32,000 bases of DNA from Promethearchaeota archaeon. Its GTDB lineage: Archaea > Asgardarchaeota > Hermodarchaeia > Hermodarchaeales > Hermodarchaeaceae. The notes beneath the pieces were generated by a model that was given only the letters and a program-made list of their open reading frames with translations, ran no database searches and was not told the DNA's origin. Positions 17,183-26,797 of this stretch are shown one piece after another (within the stretch, counting starts at the first letter, position 1; every line of letters begins with the position of its first letter). The translations under genes were made by a program, and so were the position numbers. Location of the stretch: contig JBHLMI010000003.1 of NCBI GenBank assembly GCA_048938295.1, forward strand, positions 1-32,000, given 5' to 3'.

Positions 17183-19915
17183 TTATTGTCGTTTGCGGCG
17201 GTAGATCATGCCGAGGCTGAGGGCGACGATGGCGCCGAAGATGATGGCTTCGAGGGGGAAGCCGGGAATCGGGGGTGGTCCAGTCACTGGTTGTACGGTG
17301 AGGTCTTCGATGTTACTCCAAGGACCAGGAACGCCATCATTATCAAAGGCTCTCACCCGGAAGTAGTAGGTTCCCATCGGAAGTGCGTCAACTTGCTGAT
17401 AAGGCGTAGTGGGGATCCATTCGTTGAGTATTGTTGTAAAAGTGTTTGAATCGGACATCTGGAGTTGGTAGAAATCGATGGTGCCATCGGGGTCCGTGCT
17501 GGCCGTCCAGTTCACCCAGAAGTCGCCAGGCGGAATGATTGTTCCTGGGTCAGTAAGAGATGGCACTGTTGGTGGTGCCGTGTAGCCGTAAGTGATGGTG
17601 ATGTTGTAGATGTAGGGACTTTGGTCAACATAGGTGGCATCGAGGGTTACACGCCAGTGTAAATCGCTCCCAACATCTATGAAATCGTGAAAGACACCAA
17701 CGGCGATGGGTTCCCAGTCGATGCCATTTGCCGTCAACTCCCATTGAATCGAGGTTAAAGGATAGCTCTTGGTGCTCGCTGTAAGCGTGGCGTTTACGAT
17801 GATGTCCGTTGTACTATCAAACGTCAAGGATTGGGCGGTGCTTGGGCTAGTGTCAAATGAGTTGGCAGCGGTGTTGAAGAGCTGGAAGATTTCAATCGAG
17901 TTTCCGTTAGCGACGAAAGCAAATTCGTCGTGAACGGTGACCCGATGAGCAGGCATGCCAGCAGAAGTGTAGGATGCAATCAATTGTAGATCGTGGATGT
18001 CGGTTGCGTCCATGAGGTAGACGCCGTTATACTTCTGGGTCATCACGACCTTGGTTCCGTACATGTCCACTCCGTAAGCCTCGAAGTTATTGGGGTCAAA
18101 GTAGTCTACGGATGTAATATGGAATGGGTCAGTCACATTGTAAGTATACAGACCATACACACCATCCGTAACAGCCATGTAGTCACCATAAACCACGACA
18201 TCTCGTGGAAAGGTGAGACCGACATGATCGATGAGGACGAGGCTTGACAGATCCGATGCGTCGTACACAAAGATTCCTTGGTTGCCAGATACGGTTCCGT
18301 TAGCGGTTGCGTATACGGTGTGTCCTTGCACCCACACGCTCGTATAGTTATAGCCGTCATGGTAGGATGGACCAAGGTTTGGACCAAGGTTTGCGGGGTC
18401 TGAGATGTTCATGAGATACAAACCAAGGGTGCCATCGGCGATGTAGAGAACATCACCAGAGACCACGAAGTCGTATCCTTGACTGTAAGAAACCCAATCG
18501 AGATACTGTAGGTTCGTCGGATCCTGTACATTATAGGAGAGCCAGTCACCATTCGCTAGGTCCTCAATAAAGGCATATCCACCTTGGACTTCTACTGAGT
18601 AGTAGTTCACGGATCCGAGGTGTTGGGTTCGATCTAGCAGCACGGGATTTCGGGGATTCGTTATATCTAGGGTGTAGAACCCGTCCGTGCCACCTGCGAC
18701 ATAAGCGATGTTGCCCTGAATGGCTACATCCCAGGCATCGTAGGCATTGTAGCGATTAAACCATGGAAGTCCAGGACCTATGACGCTGTACATGGTGACT
18801 GCGTATGAAGCCATTCCAGTTGGTAGGCCAACATACAGTATCTCACCAGAGATGGCGATACTATAGGTCGTTCCAGTGATCTGATACACAAAGACAGGAT
18901 GCTGGGGGTTTGTCACATCGATGATCTTGACGCCACCGGTAAAGTCGGCGACAAAGAGCGTGTTACCCTGCAGGGCAAGTTCTCTGGCATCGTATGTGTC
19001 GATGCTCCCAAGATATGTTATGTTCGTGGGGTCGCTTACATTGAGGATGGTGACACCTGCTGAGCCATCAGCGATGTAAGCGATTCCACCATCAACGAGC
19101 ACATCCTTAGCTGTTCCTGGCGTATTATAGCTGTCGACTCCCAAAGGGGCATAGGGGTTGGAGACATTTCGAATGTACATACCAAAGGTTCCATCGGCTA
19201 AGTAGGCTAGTTCTCCTTGGACATCAAGACCCCAGGCATCCGACCATGGGCTATCTGAGACAATACTCATTGAGATTGGATTTTCGATATCAATGATATA
19301 TTGATGGTCATTACCGCTAGTTGTTTGGGCCACTGCGTGGAGGAAATGACCGTGAACCGCTAAGTCTGTGACATTGCCTACTACCGCTACAGCGCCTTGG
19401 TTAATGTAAGCGCCATAAGGGTTGCTGACATTGTACTGGATAACCCAATTCTGCCGGCCCACATAGAGCATGTCGCCGTGAATCGCAACGCTTTGTACAT
19501 CTTGTGCGATGTTTCGCCAACCCATGAGCGTCATGGCGGTTGGATCGGTCACATTAAGGGTTCGAGCAGTTTGAGAGTTACTCCCAGACCATGTTAAGAC
19601 AGCGATGTAGGCTTTACGCCCTTGTACAGCGATATCAGGTGTGACATAAGAGGTCGTGTAGGTTGAGAGGTGAGTGACCGTTAAGTCCCGGTCCATGGAG
19701 AGGGCTCCATCACCCCACCCGTCTGCGGTAGTCTGACCAACATCTTCGTAGGTCGTCGAAGTGAAGTATTCATTGTAAGAGGAGGCACCAAGCGGTGCTT
19801 TAGAAAATGTCGCTTGGAACCTGGAATTCTGAGTAGCCGCAAGATTTGATGACACGAAGAGAATCGCGAGAGCAAAAGTCACTAAGAATAATTTTGGTAA
19901 TAGTTTCTTCTTCAT
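17183..19915 (-). CDS. Cell-surface LVIVD-repeat (beta-propeller) protein with an Fn3 domain and a PGF-type C-terminal sorting signal
   Basis: Signal peptide; many V.V.G..AY.ADG..G..I.DVSDP..P repeats; WTASTDPDG...YYFRVRAFD; ends PPPIPGF + TM helix + RRKRQ. Confidence 0.88.
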   Translation of the reverse strand: MKKKLLPKLFLVTFALAILFVSSNLAATQNSRFQATFSKAPLGASSYNEYFTSTTYEDVGQTTADGWGDGALSMDRDLTVTHLSTYTTSYVTPDIAVQGRKAYIAVLTWSGSNSQTARTLNVTDPTAMTLMGWRNIAQDVQSVAIHGDMLYVGRQNWVIQYNVSNPYGAYINQGAVAVVGNVTDLAVHGHFLHAVAQTTSGNDHQYIIDIENPISMSIVSDSPWSDAWGLDVQGELAYLADGTFGMYIRNVSNPYAPLGVDSYNTPGTAKDVLVDGGIAYIADGSAGVTILNVSDPTNITYLGSIDTYDARELALQGNTLFVADFTGGVKIIDVTNPQHPVFVYQITGTTYSIAISGEILYVGLPTGMASYAVTMYSVIGPGLPWFNRYNAYDAWDVAIQGNIAYVAGGTDGFYTLDITNPRNPVLLDRTQHLGSVNYYSVEVQGGYAFIEDLANGDWLSYNVQDPTNLQYLDWVSYSQGYDFVVSGDVLYIADGTLGLYLMNISDPANLGPNLGPSYHDGYNYTSVWVQGHTVYATANGTVSGNQGIFVYDASDLSSLVLIDHVGLTFPRDVVVYGDYMAVTDGVYGLYTYNVTDPFHITSVDYFDPNNFEAYGVDMYGTKVVMTQKYNGVYLMDATDIHDLQLIASYTSAGMPAHRVTVHDEFAFVANGNSIEIFQLFNTAANSFDTSPSTAQSLTFDSTTDIIVNATLTASTKSYPLTSIQWELTANGIDWEPIAVGVFHDFIDVGSDLHWRVTLDATYVDQSPYIYNITITYGYTAPPTVPSLTDPGTIIPPGDFWVNWTASTDPDGTIDFYQLQMSDSNTFTTILNEWIPTTPYQQVDALPMGTYYFRVRAFDNDGVPGPWSNIEDLTVQPVTGPPPIPGFPLEAIIFGAIVALSLGMIYRRKRQ

Positions 19916-20112
19916 ACTATCCCTCTAAGAATAGTAGTGGAATGAACAATAGGCTGCTGAGTTAAAATACCTTCGTGGTATGCCGAAGGTGAGCTTGCAG
20001 AGGCTGCACTTTTCTTAGCATTTCGACAAAATGAGCCCTTTCCTTCTCCAGAAACTCGCAACTCTTAGAGTCATATCTGTTCATTTCATCCAATGGTCGG
20101 AAATCAAATCAG

Positions 20113-21684
20113 CTATTTAATTTGCATCCAGAATCGTGTTATATCATCAGCAAGATGGGTAGATAAAAGACCCCGAAGGGAGAGTTCTTTTACACCTTCG
20201 AGGAACCGGTCAATCCGTTTCTCGTGTTTTAGCTTATTATTTCGGAAGGCCTGTCGATCCAAGCGTTCTTGGAATCCAGTGTTTCTCATCATCTCAAAGC
20301 GTATTAAATCCTCCAGTGTTTCACAGAAGACATCATTGTAAAGTTGAACGTTGAATGCTTTCACCGGAGGAACATTCTTGATTTGTTTCCAATGTATGGG
20401 AGATTCTGGATGGAGAAGTTTCAATGGTGGGATAATCCCATAACGCGATGGATTGATTGACTTGACGACAAAGACGGGAATTAGGATTTCTACTACTTCA
20501 TTGTTCCTTCCCAGACCATTGGTCTTCGCTGTGATTTCAATAACTCGCGTGTACTGCTGGTCAAGTGTTGAACTAATGTCGTGAAGAGTCTGAATAAGTT
20601 CGGGATAGCTCCCTAAAATCCGCTGCCGCAGACTTACAAGAAAGCTTAGCTTGGAATCCGCTACTGGTACACTGCTCTTGGAGACAGGTACGGATGGGTA
20701 TTCTAATGCTGAGGTCAACAACCCATTCTGGTGAAGGCCCCTTTGTTCTTGTTCATGGACGGACAACCAGCGCTGTTCCGCTTCTTCGAGTTGAGAGAAA
20801 GCAACATCTAACTCTATTGATGTCTGTTGAAGTGATTTCCGAAAATCCTGTGCAAGGATCTTAGGTTGGATTAGATCACTCGGATTTTCTTGAAAAATTA
20901 GATCAGTCTTAGTAGGGCTTGCGTCCATTTGGAGAATGTATTGTCGACATTGACTTGTAGCGAACTTCAAGATGTCCTCCAGGTGATTTAGAAGCTGTGC
21001 CATGTCCAATTCTGCAGCTGTACTCTGGTGAATTTTCAGCCGTTCTTCGTTTATGTATTGCAACTGGACTTCGATATACTTGTTAATAGCATCCAACATG
21101 TGCACTAAATGCCCTTGACACTGTTCAAGTCGTTGGATCTCTTCACGGACTGTTTCTCCTAGGATTCTTACAACCTCTGAATCGAGGTTAGTCTCCATAA
21201 TTCGTTTCTTCGAAGGGCCTTGTAATGAAGAATCAATGAGCTCGCGAATGGGTTCAATCATTGAAGGTTTCAGAAGATTTGGCAGACTAAGGCTAGTCGG
21301 ATCGAGATTCTTAACCAATTTATCTAAATTTGCTATCAAGCTGGGTACTTGCTGTACATTATCAACATGGCTCAAGAGATTCTCAAAGGCATCTGGAGGC
21401 AGCACTGTTACATTCTTGATTCTCGTCGTCGAATTTCCAACTCCACTCACAAGAAGACTCTGAGTGGTAGTGATTCCAACAACATAGATGGGCACATAGA
21501 GCTGTGAAATATAGGCTAATCGTAAAGGCGCACGTGTTTGCTTTCGCAAGTATGTCACTGCAGCAACCAAATCAGCTTCTGAGGGGACACCCTGCTTCGT
21601 TTTTCCTGGTTCCCACACCCATCGTGCTTTTGGTTCTTGGCTATAAGTGGACTGAAAAAACTTCGCCACTTTAACCTCGGTCAA
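20113..21684 (-). CDS. Hypothetical 523-aa protein with a central coiled-coil/helical region
   Basis: Long ORF; similar YVPIYVV and LIPVFVV beta segments flank a Q/E/L-rich helical middle. Confidence 0.75.
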   Translation of the reverse strand: MTEVKVAKFFQSTYSQEPKARWVWEPGKTKQGVPSEADLVAAVTYLRKQTRAPLRLAYISQLYVPIYVVGITTTQSLLVSGVGNSTTRIKNVTVLPPDAFENLLSHVDNVQQVPSLIANLDKLVKNLDPTSLSLPNLLKPSMIEPIRELIDSSLQGPSKKRIMETNLDSEVVRILGETVREEIQRLEQCQGHLVHMLDAINKYIEVQLQYINEERLKIHQSTAAELDMAQLLNHLEDILKFATSQCRQYILQMDASPTKTDLIFQENPSDLIQPKILAQDFRKSLQQTSIELDVAFSQLEEAEQRWLSVHEQEQRGLHQNGLLTSALEYPSVPVSKSSVPVADSKLSFLVSLRQRILGSYPELIQTLHDISSTLDQQYTRVIEITAKTNGLGRNNEVVEILIPVFVVKSINPSRYGIIPPLKLLHPESPIHWKQIKNVPPVKAFNVQLYNDVFCETLEDLIRFEMMRNTGFQERLDRQAFRNNKLKHEKRIDRFLEGVKELSLRGLLSTHLADDITRFWMQIK

Positions 21685-22237
21685 CGGAGAACCTCTCCAA
21701 AGGATGAGTCGTGGGAAATGGAGAGCTGGCTAGAAATAAAGAAAAAAGAAAAGCCTTGTCTCCACCTTTCGGCGTAAGGTAGTCGCAGTAGTAGTTCTTA
21801 CAGCAGGTAATTCTGTCTTGATCACTCCATTGCATACAGGTCATTTCAGTGGATCCCGTGTCCTTTACCCATGTAAATTGGTATTGGCCAATCGGTCCAC
21901 ACAGGTCGATCTCACCCTCACAATCAGTCAGGTACCACCCGACTGGAATCCAATGTCCTGTACCACATGCGTAGCTGTAATATTCTACATAAATCCACGC
22001 TTCAACAAGTGGCTCATAATAGGTGTCAGGATAATAGTTCCAGCAATTGATTTCCCAAGCGAAAGCCTTAGTGAAGTCTTTACCGGGTGGAGACGAGCAT
22101 TTTTGAACAGATTCTAATGGGGTTGTGGGTGTGATGGAGTGAATATTTGCCGATTTAGATGGACTGAAGGATAGAACTAGGCAGAAGAGGACAAAAGCAG
22201 AGACAAGGATAACTAAAGTAACTTTGCTTCTCTCCAT
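21671..22237 (-). CDS. Secreted cysteine- and aromatic-rich small protein
   Basis: N-terminal hydrophobic signal; 9 Cys after the signal region; many W/Y residues. Confidence 0.65.
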   Translation of the reverse strand: MERSKVTLVILVSAFVLFCLVLSFSPSKSANIHSITPTTPLESVQKCSSPPGKDFTKAFAWEINCWNYYPDTYYEPLVEAWIYVEYYSYACGTGHWIPVGWYLTDCEGEIDLCGPIGQYQFTWVKDTGSTEMTCMQWSDQDRITCCKNYYCDYLTPKGGDKAFLFSLFLASSPFPTTHPLERFSVDRG

Positions 22238-23034
22238 TTATTTTTTCATTTTATTGATTGGGTTTTTTATTTTAGGTGGAGACTACGTAGGCGGCAAGCC
22301 TACTCCCTACTCCACTGGCAAGGCCTTTGGTCCCGCCATCCGTGACTGATGCCTAGAATCTTGCCTCGATCCAGTACCTCAACGGCATTTAGGGCTAGAG
22401 GTTCAAAAAAATATATTGGTTGTCTGGAAATCTAGTCTTTAAGCCAATTATAGTAAAGTTTCAGCTATTCCTTTTGATTTAACATAGCATTAATTTTTAT
22501 TACATATAATGAATATTTTTAACGAAAATATACAGTTAATTATGCTGATTTGTAATACTTTGTTTCTATAACAACTGATATTACGCTAATAGTTATATTA
22601 CTTTTAAAAACGATTAATGATAATTATCAATTTTTGCATATGTTTTAACAAAAACTAATAATCTATAATCTAATGTATTCACAAAAAGTGATATATTATA
22701 AAATTATTAATATATATAATAAAAGATAAACTAAATTGCAAACTATACTATTAACATCTTAAAATATCAGAGAATGCATTATAGTCAAAATAAAAATCTA
22801 GTAAAAAAGATTCTTACGCCAAACACAACATTTTTACTGCCCAATAGAGTGGTCAAATATGTAAGTGTCACATTCACTTACTGTTGTTGCTATGAGGTAA
22901 CGAATGATCTGGCTCTTCATCTCAGCGAAAACCAGTACCTCTCCCCCCAACTAGGGGGACGTGTTTTCAGAAGCGTCAAATCCGTTAAAACCTCTGCACC
23001 CTTCCCTTCCACTTTTTTTCTTAATAGTAGCATA

Positions 23035-23502
23035 TCATGTTGTTTTTTGCTTACTGATAGGAATTGCTAACCTATAAGGATCAGAGCGAAGATAGAAATT
23101 TCTCTCTTCGTGTCGAGCTTCGATATGATATTGAAGAACTAAAAATGGTCGTAAGGGTCGAGCAAAATGGGGTCTAAATATCGTTGAGAACTGATATCGT
23201 TTCTTTTCTTGGCTTGGAATATTGTGTTTAGCTATTCGGAAGGTTGAATCAACGACTGATACTAAACGGCTTCCACCCATCATTTTGGCTGTTTTTTCTC
23301 TGAAAATCATGACCTTAGAGGGTGATTCGACACGCACCGAAAGTTCAATGGGATGATCGTAGTGGTTCCAGATTTCAAATTGGAAACGATAAGGTGTTGT
23401 TCGGCGTCGAGGAAGACTTGCCAAAGATTTGACTGAAGTGATTTTCCAACTGATTTTTTGAAGCGTGGATTGCCCTAAGATAATTTGGGAGGATTTCTTC
23501 AT
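23035..23502 (-). CDS. Hypothetical basic, beta-rich protein
   Basis: 155-aa ORF with alternating hydrophobic strands; lies 100 bp downstream of the Rab-like gene on the same strand. Confidence 0.6.
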   Translation of the reverse strand: MKKSSQIILGQSTLQKISWKITSVKSLASLPRRRTTPYRFQFEIWNHYDHPIELSVRVESPSKVMIFREKTAKMMGGSRLVSVVDSTFRIAKHNIPSQEKKRYQFSTIFRPHFARPLRPFLVLQYHIEARHEERNFYLRSDPYRLAIPISKQKTT

Positions 23503-23602
23503 TTCAACTCCACAATCCTAGTCAGTTTAATAATAATCCTGATTCAAAGTAGACATGTAGTATAAAAGAGGCATAACTTTTGAGTGCTTTTGTTGAGAGC
23601 AT

Positions 23603-24151
23603 TCATCCTTCGAAACTTTCTAGGATGAGTGGTGCCAGAAAGAAAAAAGGCTTCACAGCGTTCATCCCGGTTTTCGCACTCGTTTCCACATACATAATAT
23701 CATTTGTCATGGCAAATTTTTGAATTTGCTCAGCAGTAACGGAGGGGTGAAGATCAGCCTTATTTCCAACAAACACCATTGGAATGTCACCACAGGCTTG
23801 TTTCACTTCATTAATCCAGAAGTTGAGTCTTTCGAAGCTTTCAAGGTTTGTCAAATCAAAGACTAAGACTGCTCCACGAGCGCCGAGATAATATTTCTGT
23901 CGGACTGGGCCAAACCGTTCTTGCCCTGCAGTATCCCACAGTGTGAACCGTAGTTTGTTATTTCCTACATTGATATCTTGAACAAAGAAATTGACGCCCA
24001 GAGTGATGATGTAACTGGGATTGAAAATGCCCTTGACATAACGAACTATCAGACTGGTTTTGCCAACCGCCGCATCGCCCACTATAACGATTTTCGCTCG
24101 ATACGTGTAATCGGCTTTATCAGAAATATAGTCAGAAGGCGGAGTGGTCAT
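23603..24151 (-). CDS. Rab-like small GTPase
   Basis: G1 GDAAVGKT, G3 WDTAGQE, G4 NKAD and G5 ETSAK. RabF-like TLGVNF, RFGPV, YYLGA and LVFDLT. No C-terminal Cys motif. Confidence 0.93.
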   Translation of the reverse strand: MTTPPSDYISDKADYTYRAKIVIVGDAAVGKTSLIVRYVKGIFNPSYIITLGVNFFVQDINVGNNKLRFTLWDTAGQERFGPVRQKYYLGARGAVLVFDLTNLESFERLNFWINEVKQACGDIPMVFVGNKADLHPSVTAEQIQKFAMTNDIMYVETSAKTGMNAVKPFFFLAPLILESFEG

Positions 24152-24966
24152 AGGAGTTCCATCACCAGTTTTTTCTGCAACTCGTATTCTTCGATTCGCT
24201 TTTGTTCCGCTTTGATTAAAGGCACGTAATGTTCAAAGAAAAGGGTTTCATAACTTTGTCGGCGGCGAGTCCGTCGAGCAATAGTTACCAACTCCTTCAA
24301 GATGAGACTAAGAATATCATCCAAGCCCTGTAAATTGACCCTTTCTGGATCAACTTCATCAAAGGATATAACTCCACTTCTATCAATGGTCACTGGTCGT
24401 AGAGCCCGATCTGCTTTCAAGTGGGTGGAAAGAATACGTTCGATATCAGTGAAATGCATTTCCAGTGACCGCTCAGAAATCACCTTCTGTAAAGTCACAT
24501 TGTAAAATTGAGTAAACACATCAAAGAGGTCAATGACCTTCACAGTACGAAGGGAGGCTTCACCCGTTTCCCAATGGGAAATGAGACTGTCTACTAATTC
24601 ATCAAAGACTCGCGTTCGCTGTGGGTCGAGTTGAAAAATCGGAACGTGTGAGGAGATATCAGCAAAGTTTTCAAGAAACCGTGTATGCAGCATGTCCAAA
24701 TAATTTCCAAATCGAGTTGGATCATCGATTAAATCGGTGATGAACACCAGAAGGATGCCGTTTTCGTTGTCGACTTTGAAAAAGAACCGGGAATCTACCA
24801 TGGTTACAATGTCAACGTGTTGCTGGGTAATTTTGAGTGCTAAGAGCTCCACACTAGCAAGTAATCCTGATAATAGAGTCGGATTGTCTGTGACCTCAAC
24901 CCATGTTCGACTATATAACGGCTGTCCGGAGTCCCATGCAATGACGTAGAAGCTGTGAATAGCCAT
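24148..24966 (-). CDS. Protein with an N-terminal longin-like domain and a helical C-terminus
   Basis: SFYVIAWDSGQPLYS, LLSGLLASV, beta-strand run and MLHTRFLENF match the longin pattern seen in Asgard proteins; ATGA overlap with the GTPase gene. Confidence 0.65.
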   Translation of the reverse strand: MAIHSFYVIAWDSGQPLYSRTWVEVTDNPTLLSGLLASVELLALKITQQHVDIVTMVDSRFFFKVDNENGILLVFITDLIDDPTRFGNYLDMLHTRFLENFADISSHVPIFQLDPQRTRVFDELVDSLISHWETGEASLRTVKVIDLFDVFTQFYNVTLQKVISERSLEMHFTDIERILSTHLKADRALRPVTIDRSGVISFDEVDPERVNLQGLDDILSLILKELVTIARRTRRRQSYETLFFEHYVPLIKAEQKRIEEYELQKKLVMELL

Positions 24967-25261
24967 TACACTCTACCCAACAATAAACAGTGGTTGTCCA
25001 AATCCTGTCGTAGCTACTTTTGTTCTTCCTAATTAAACTGTACCCTTCTTACTAATTACCTTCCCCATGAATTTTGAATTGCTTAATTCCTATTAGGAGT
25101 GGAAAGGCGAGAATCGAATTCAATGAAATTAATGAATTTAATGGGTTCTTTCACGATTTTTACACGACAAAAAACGGTAAATCAACAATTCTGGTTAAAG
25201 TCGAATTTTTAATTAGCTCAAACAAGAAAGATAAATCTAACCTCCACGGAATACCAAGTCT

Positions 25262-26032
25262 TTGGTGATGACCTTGTCCACTCCTAATGAAATCCAGCAC
25301 ATTGAACAAGCAGCAAGTCGTGCTTGGCAAGCTGAGCACACCAAAGAGTATGGAGGATGGCTGTTTCGAGCTACCGAGGGCGTCACCCGTCGTGCTAACA
25401 GCGTATTGCCACTTGCACCCCCTGAGGAAAGAAAACTCGAAACTGCCCTGGAAAAAGCTCGTAACTTCTACCAGCAATATCGCTTACCTGTTCGGTTTCA
25501 AATGACATCAGCTAGTCAACCCCCTGAGCTGGACACGTTCCTTCAAAAGGCGGGATTCATCATTGATATGCAAGTCAAGGTTCTAACTGCCCCTTTGGAG
25601 GATATCTTTATCCATGACCCACAAGTGGGTATTGTCGTATTTGGGGCTCCATGGAAGGATTGGTTTACAGCATATCGTGATGCCTCAGGTTTTACTAAGA
25701 AGCAGATGACTGTTCGTGAGGAGATCATACAACGAATCACTACAGAGAAGGCCTGTGCAGCCGCAATTATGGATGATCAAGTTGTCGGTATTGGACTTGC
25801 TGTCATAGATCAAGAGTTACTGGGATTATTTTCACTAATTACCAAGGAACCGTATCGGAAACGAGGTGTGGCTTCTTCAATAACGCAAAGTCTAATCAGT
25901 TGGGGGTTTGTTCGAGGTGCGAAAAGGGGATATTTACAGGTTGAACAGGAAAACATCCCTGCTCAAAAACTGTATTATGGCCTCGGATTCACCGATGCCT
26001 ATTCGTATTGGTATCGAGTCGAACCTGATTGA
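25262..26032 (+). CDS. GNAT-family N-acetyltransferase
   Basis: WLFRATEGVTRRANSV; motif A TKEPYRKRGVA; YLQVEQENIPAQKLYYGLGF. Confidence 0.88.
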   Translation: MVMTLSTPNEIQHIEQAASRAWQAEHTKEYGGWLFRATEGVTRRANSVLPLAPPEERKLETALEKARNFYQQYRLPVRFQMTSASQPPELDTFLQKAGFIIDMQVKVLTAPLEDIFIHDPQVGIVVFGAPWKDWFTAYRDASGFTKKQMTVREEIIQRITTEKACAAAIMDDQVVGIGLAVIDQELLGLFSLITKEPYRKRGVASSITQSLISWGFVRGAKRGYLQVEQENIPAQKLYYGLGFTDAYSYWYRVEPD

Positions 26033-26203
26033 GCCATTTGTACTAATTTACCGTTTCACATCAAAACAATCTGAAATAAGATTTTCGTGAGGACTTGCGT
26101 TTCGCAAGAATAATCACAACCTGACCGGTATTTCTGTCATTCTCGACCAGGGATAATGTCGAAATCGAAACACTCAAAGCGTGCCATCAGCTAATTACAC
26201 AAG

Positions 26204-26623
26204 TTGGAGGATATTGCATTGAATATTGAGCAGCGCATCGAGGAACTAATTAAGGAATTGAGTAACCCAGGTCGAGAAGCCCTTCAAGCTAGTACTGCCT
26301 TATCAGAAATCGGTGCCCTTGCTGTCATGCGCTTGGTTCGGGTCATCAAGGAAGAAGATGACGATTATGCCCGAAAGCTGGCAGCCCTTTCATTGGGACG
26401 AATTGGACAACCAGCCATGGAACCACTCTTAGAGTCCATACAAAGCAACGATCCGGAGGAGCGACGCTACGCCGTAGAAGCATTAAGTTACATGCGGTCT
26501 GAACCTAGGGTCCTGGGCGCAATCTTCCAAGCCCGTAAAGACCCAGATGATCAAGTACGACAAGCGGCCTGGCGTGCCCTAGAACGATACCCACCGCGGC
26601 ATATGGAAAGGCGTGGCGCCTAA
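26204..26623 (+). CDS. HEAT/PBS-lyase repeat protein
   Basis: Repeated ARKLAALSLGRIG, ERRYAVEALS and DPDDQVRQAAWRAL. Confidence 0.85.
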   Translation: MEDIALNIEQRIEELIKELSNPGREALQASTALSEIGALAVMRLVRVIKEEDDDYARKLAALSLGRIGQPAMEPLLESIQSNDPEERRYAVEALSYMRSEPRVLGAIFQARKDPDDQVRQAAWRALERYPPRHMERRGA

Positions 26624-26797
26624 CTGTATGCGAAATATGGCCTAAATCCTAGCTAACCAAAGTGAGTGGTACCTGCGTTCATTTCGTTTTATACAGTTTG
26701 AAATTCTCTGTATAAGGCGAGAATAAGTGTGACGTTAAACACATAAAAGGAAGGTCTCATGCTAGTTGCACTCATACAAATCCTTGAGGGATAGGTA

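Noticed and set aside
18369-18392. 12-bp tandem duplication (NLGP x2) in the LVIVD gene
   Set aside because: An in-frame micro-duplication in a probable loop, with no wider pattern.
21758-22283. 10-bp inverted repeat GTCTCCACCT / AGGTGGAGAC around the Cys-rich gene
   Set aside because: It does not extend, has no target-site duplication, and a 10-bp match at this distance can plausibly arise by chance.
22774-23070. 98-aa plus-strand ORF
   Set aside because: It begins in the AT-rich tract, has no recognisable features and overlaps the 3' end of a better ORF.
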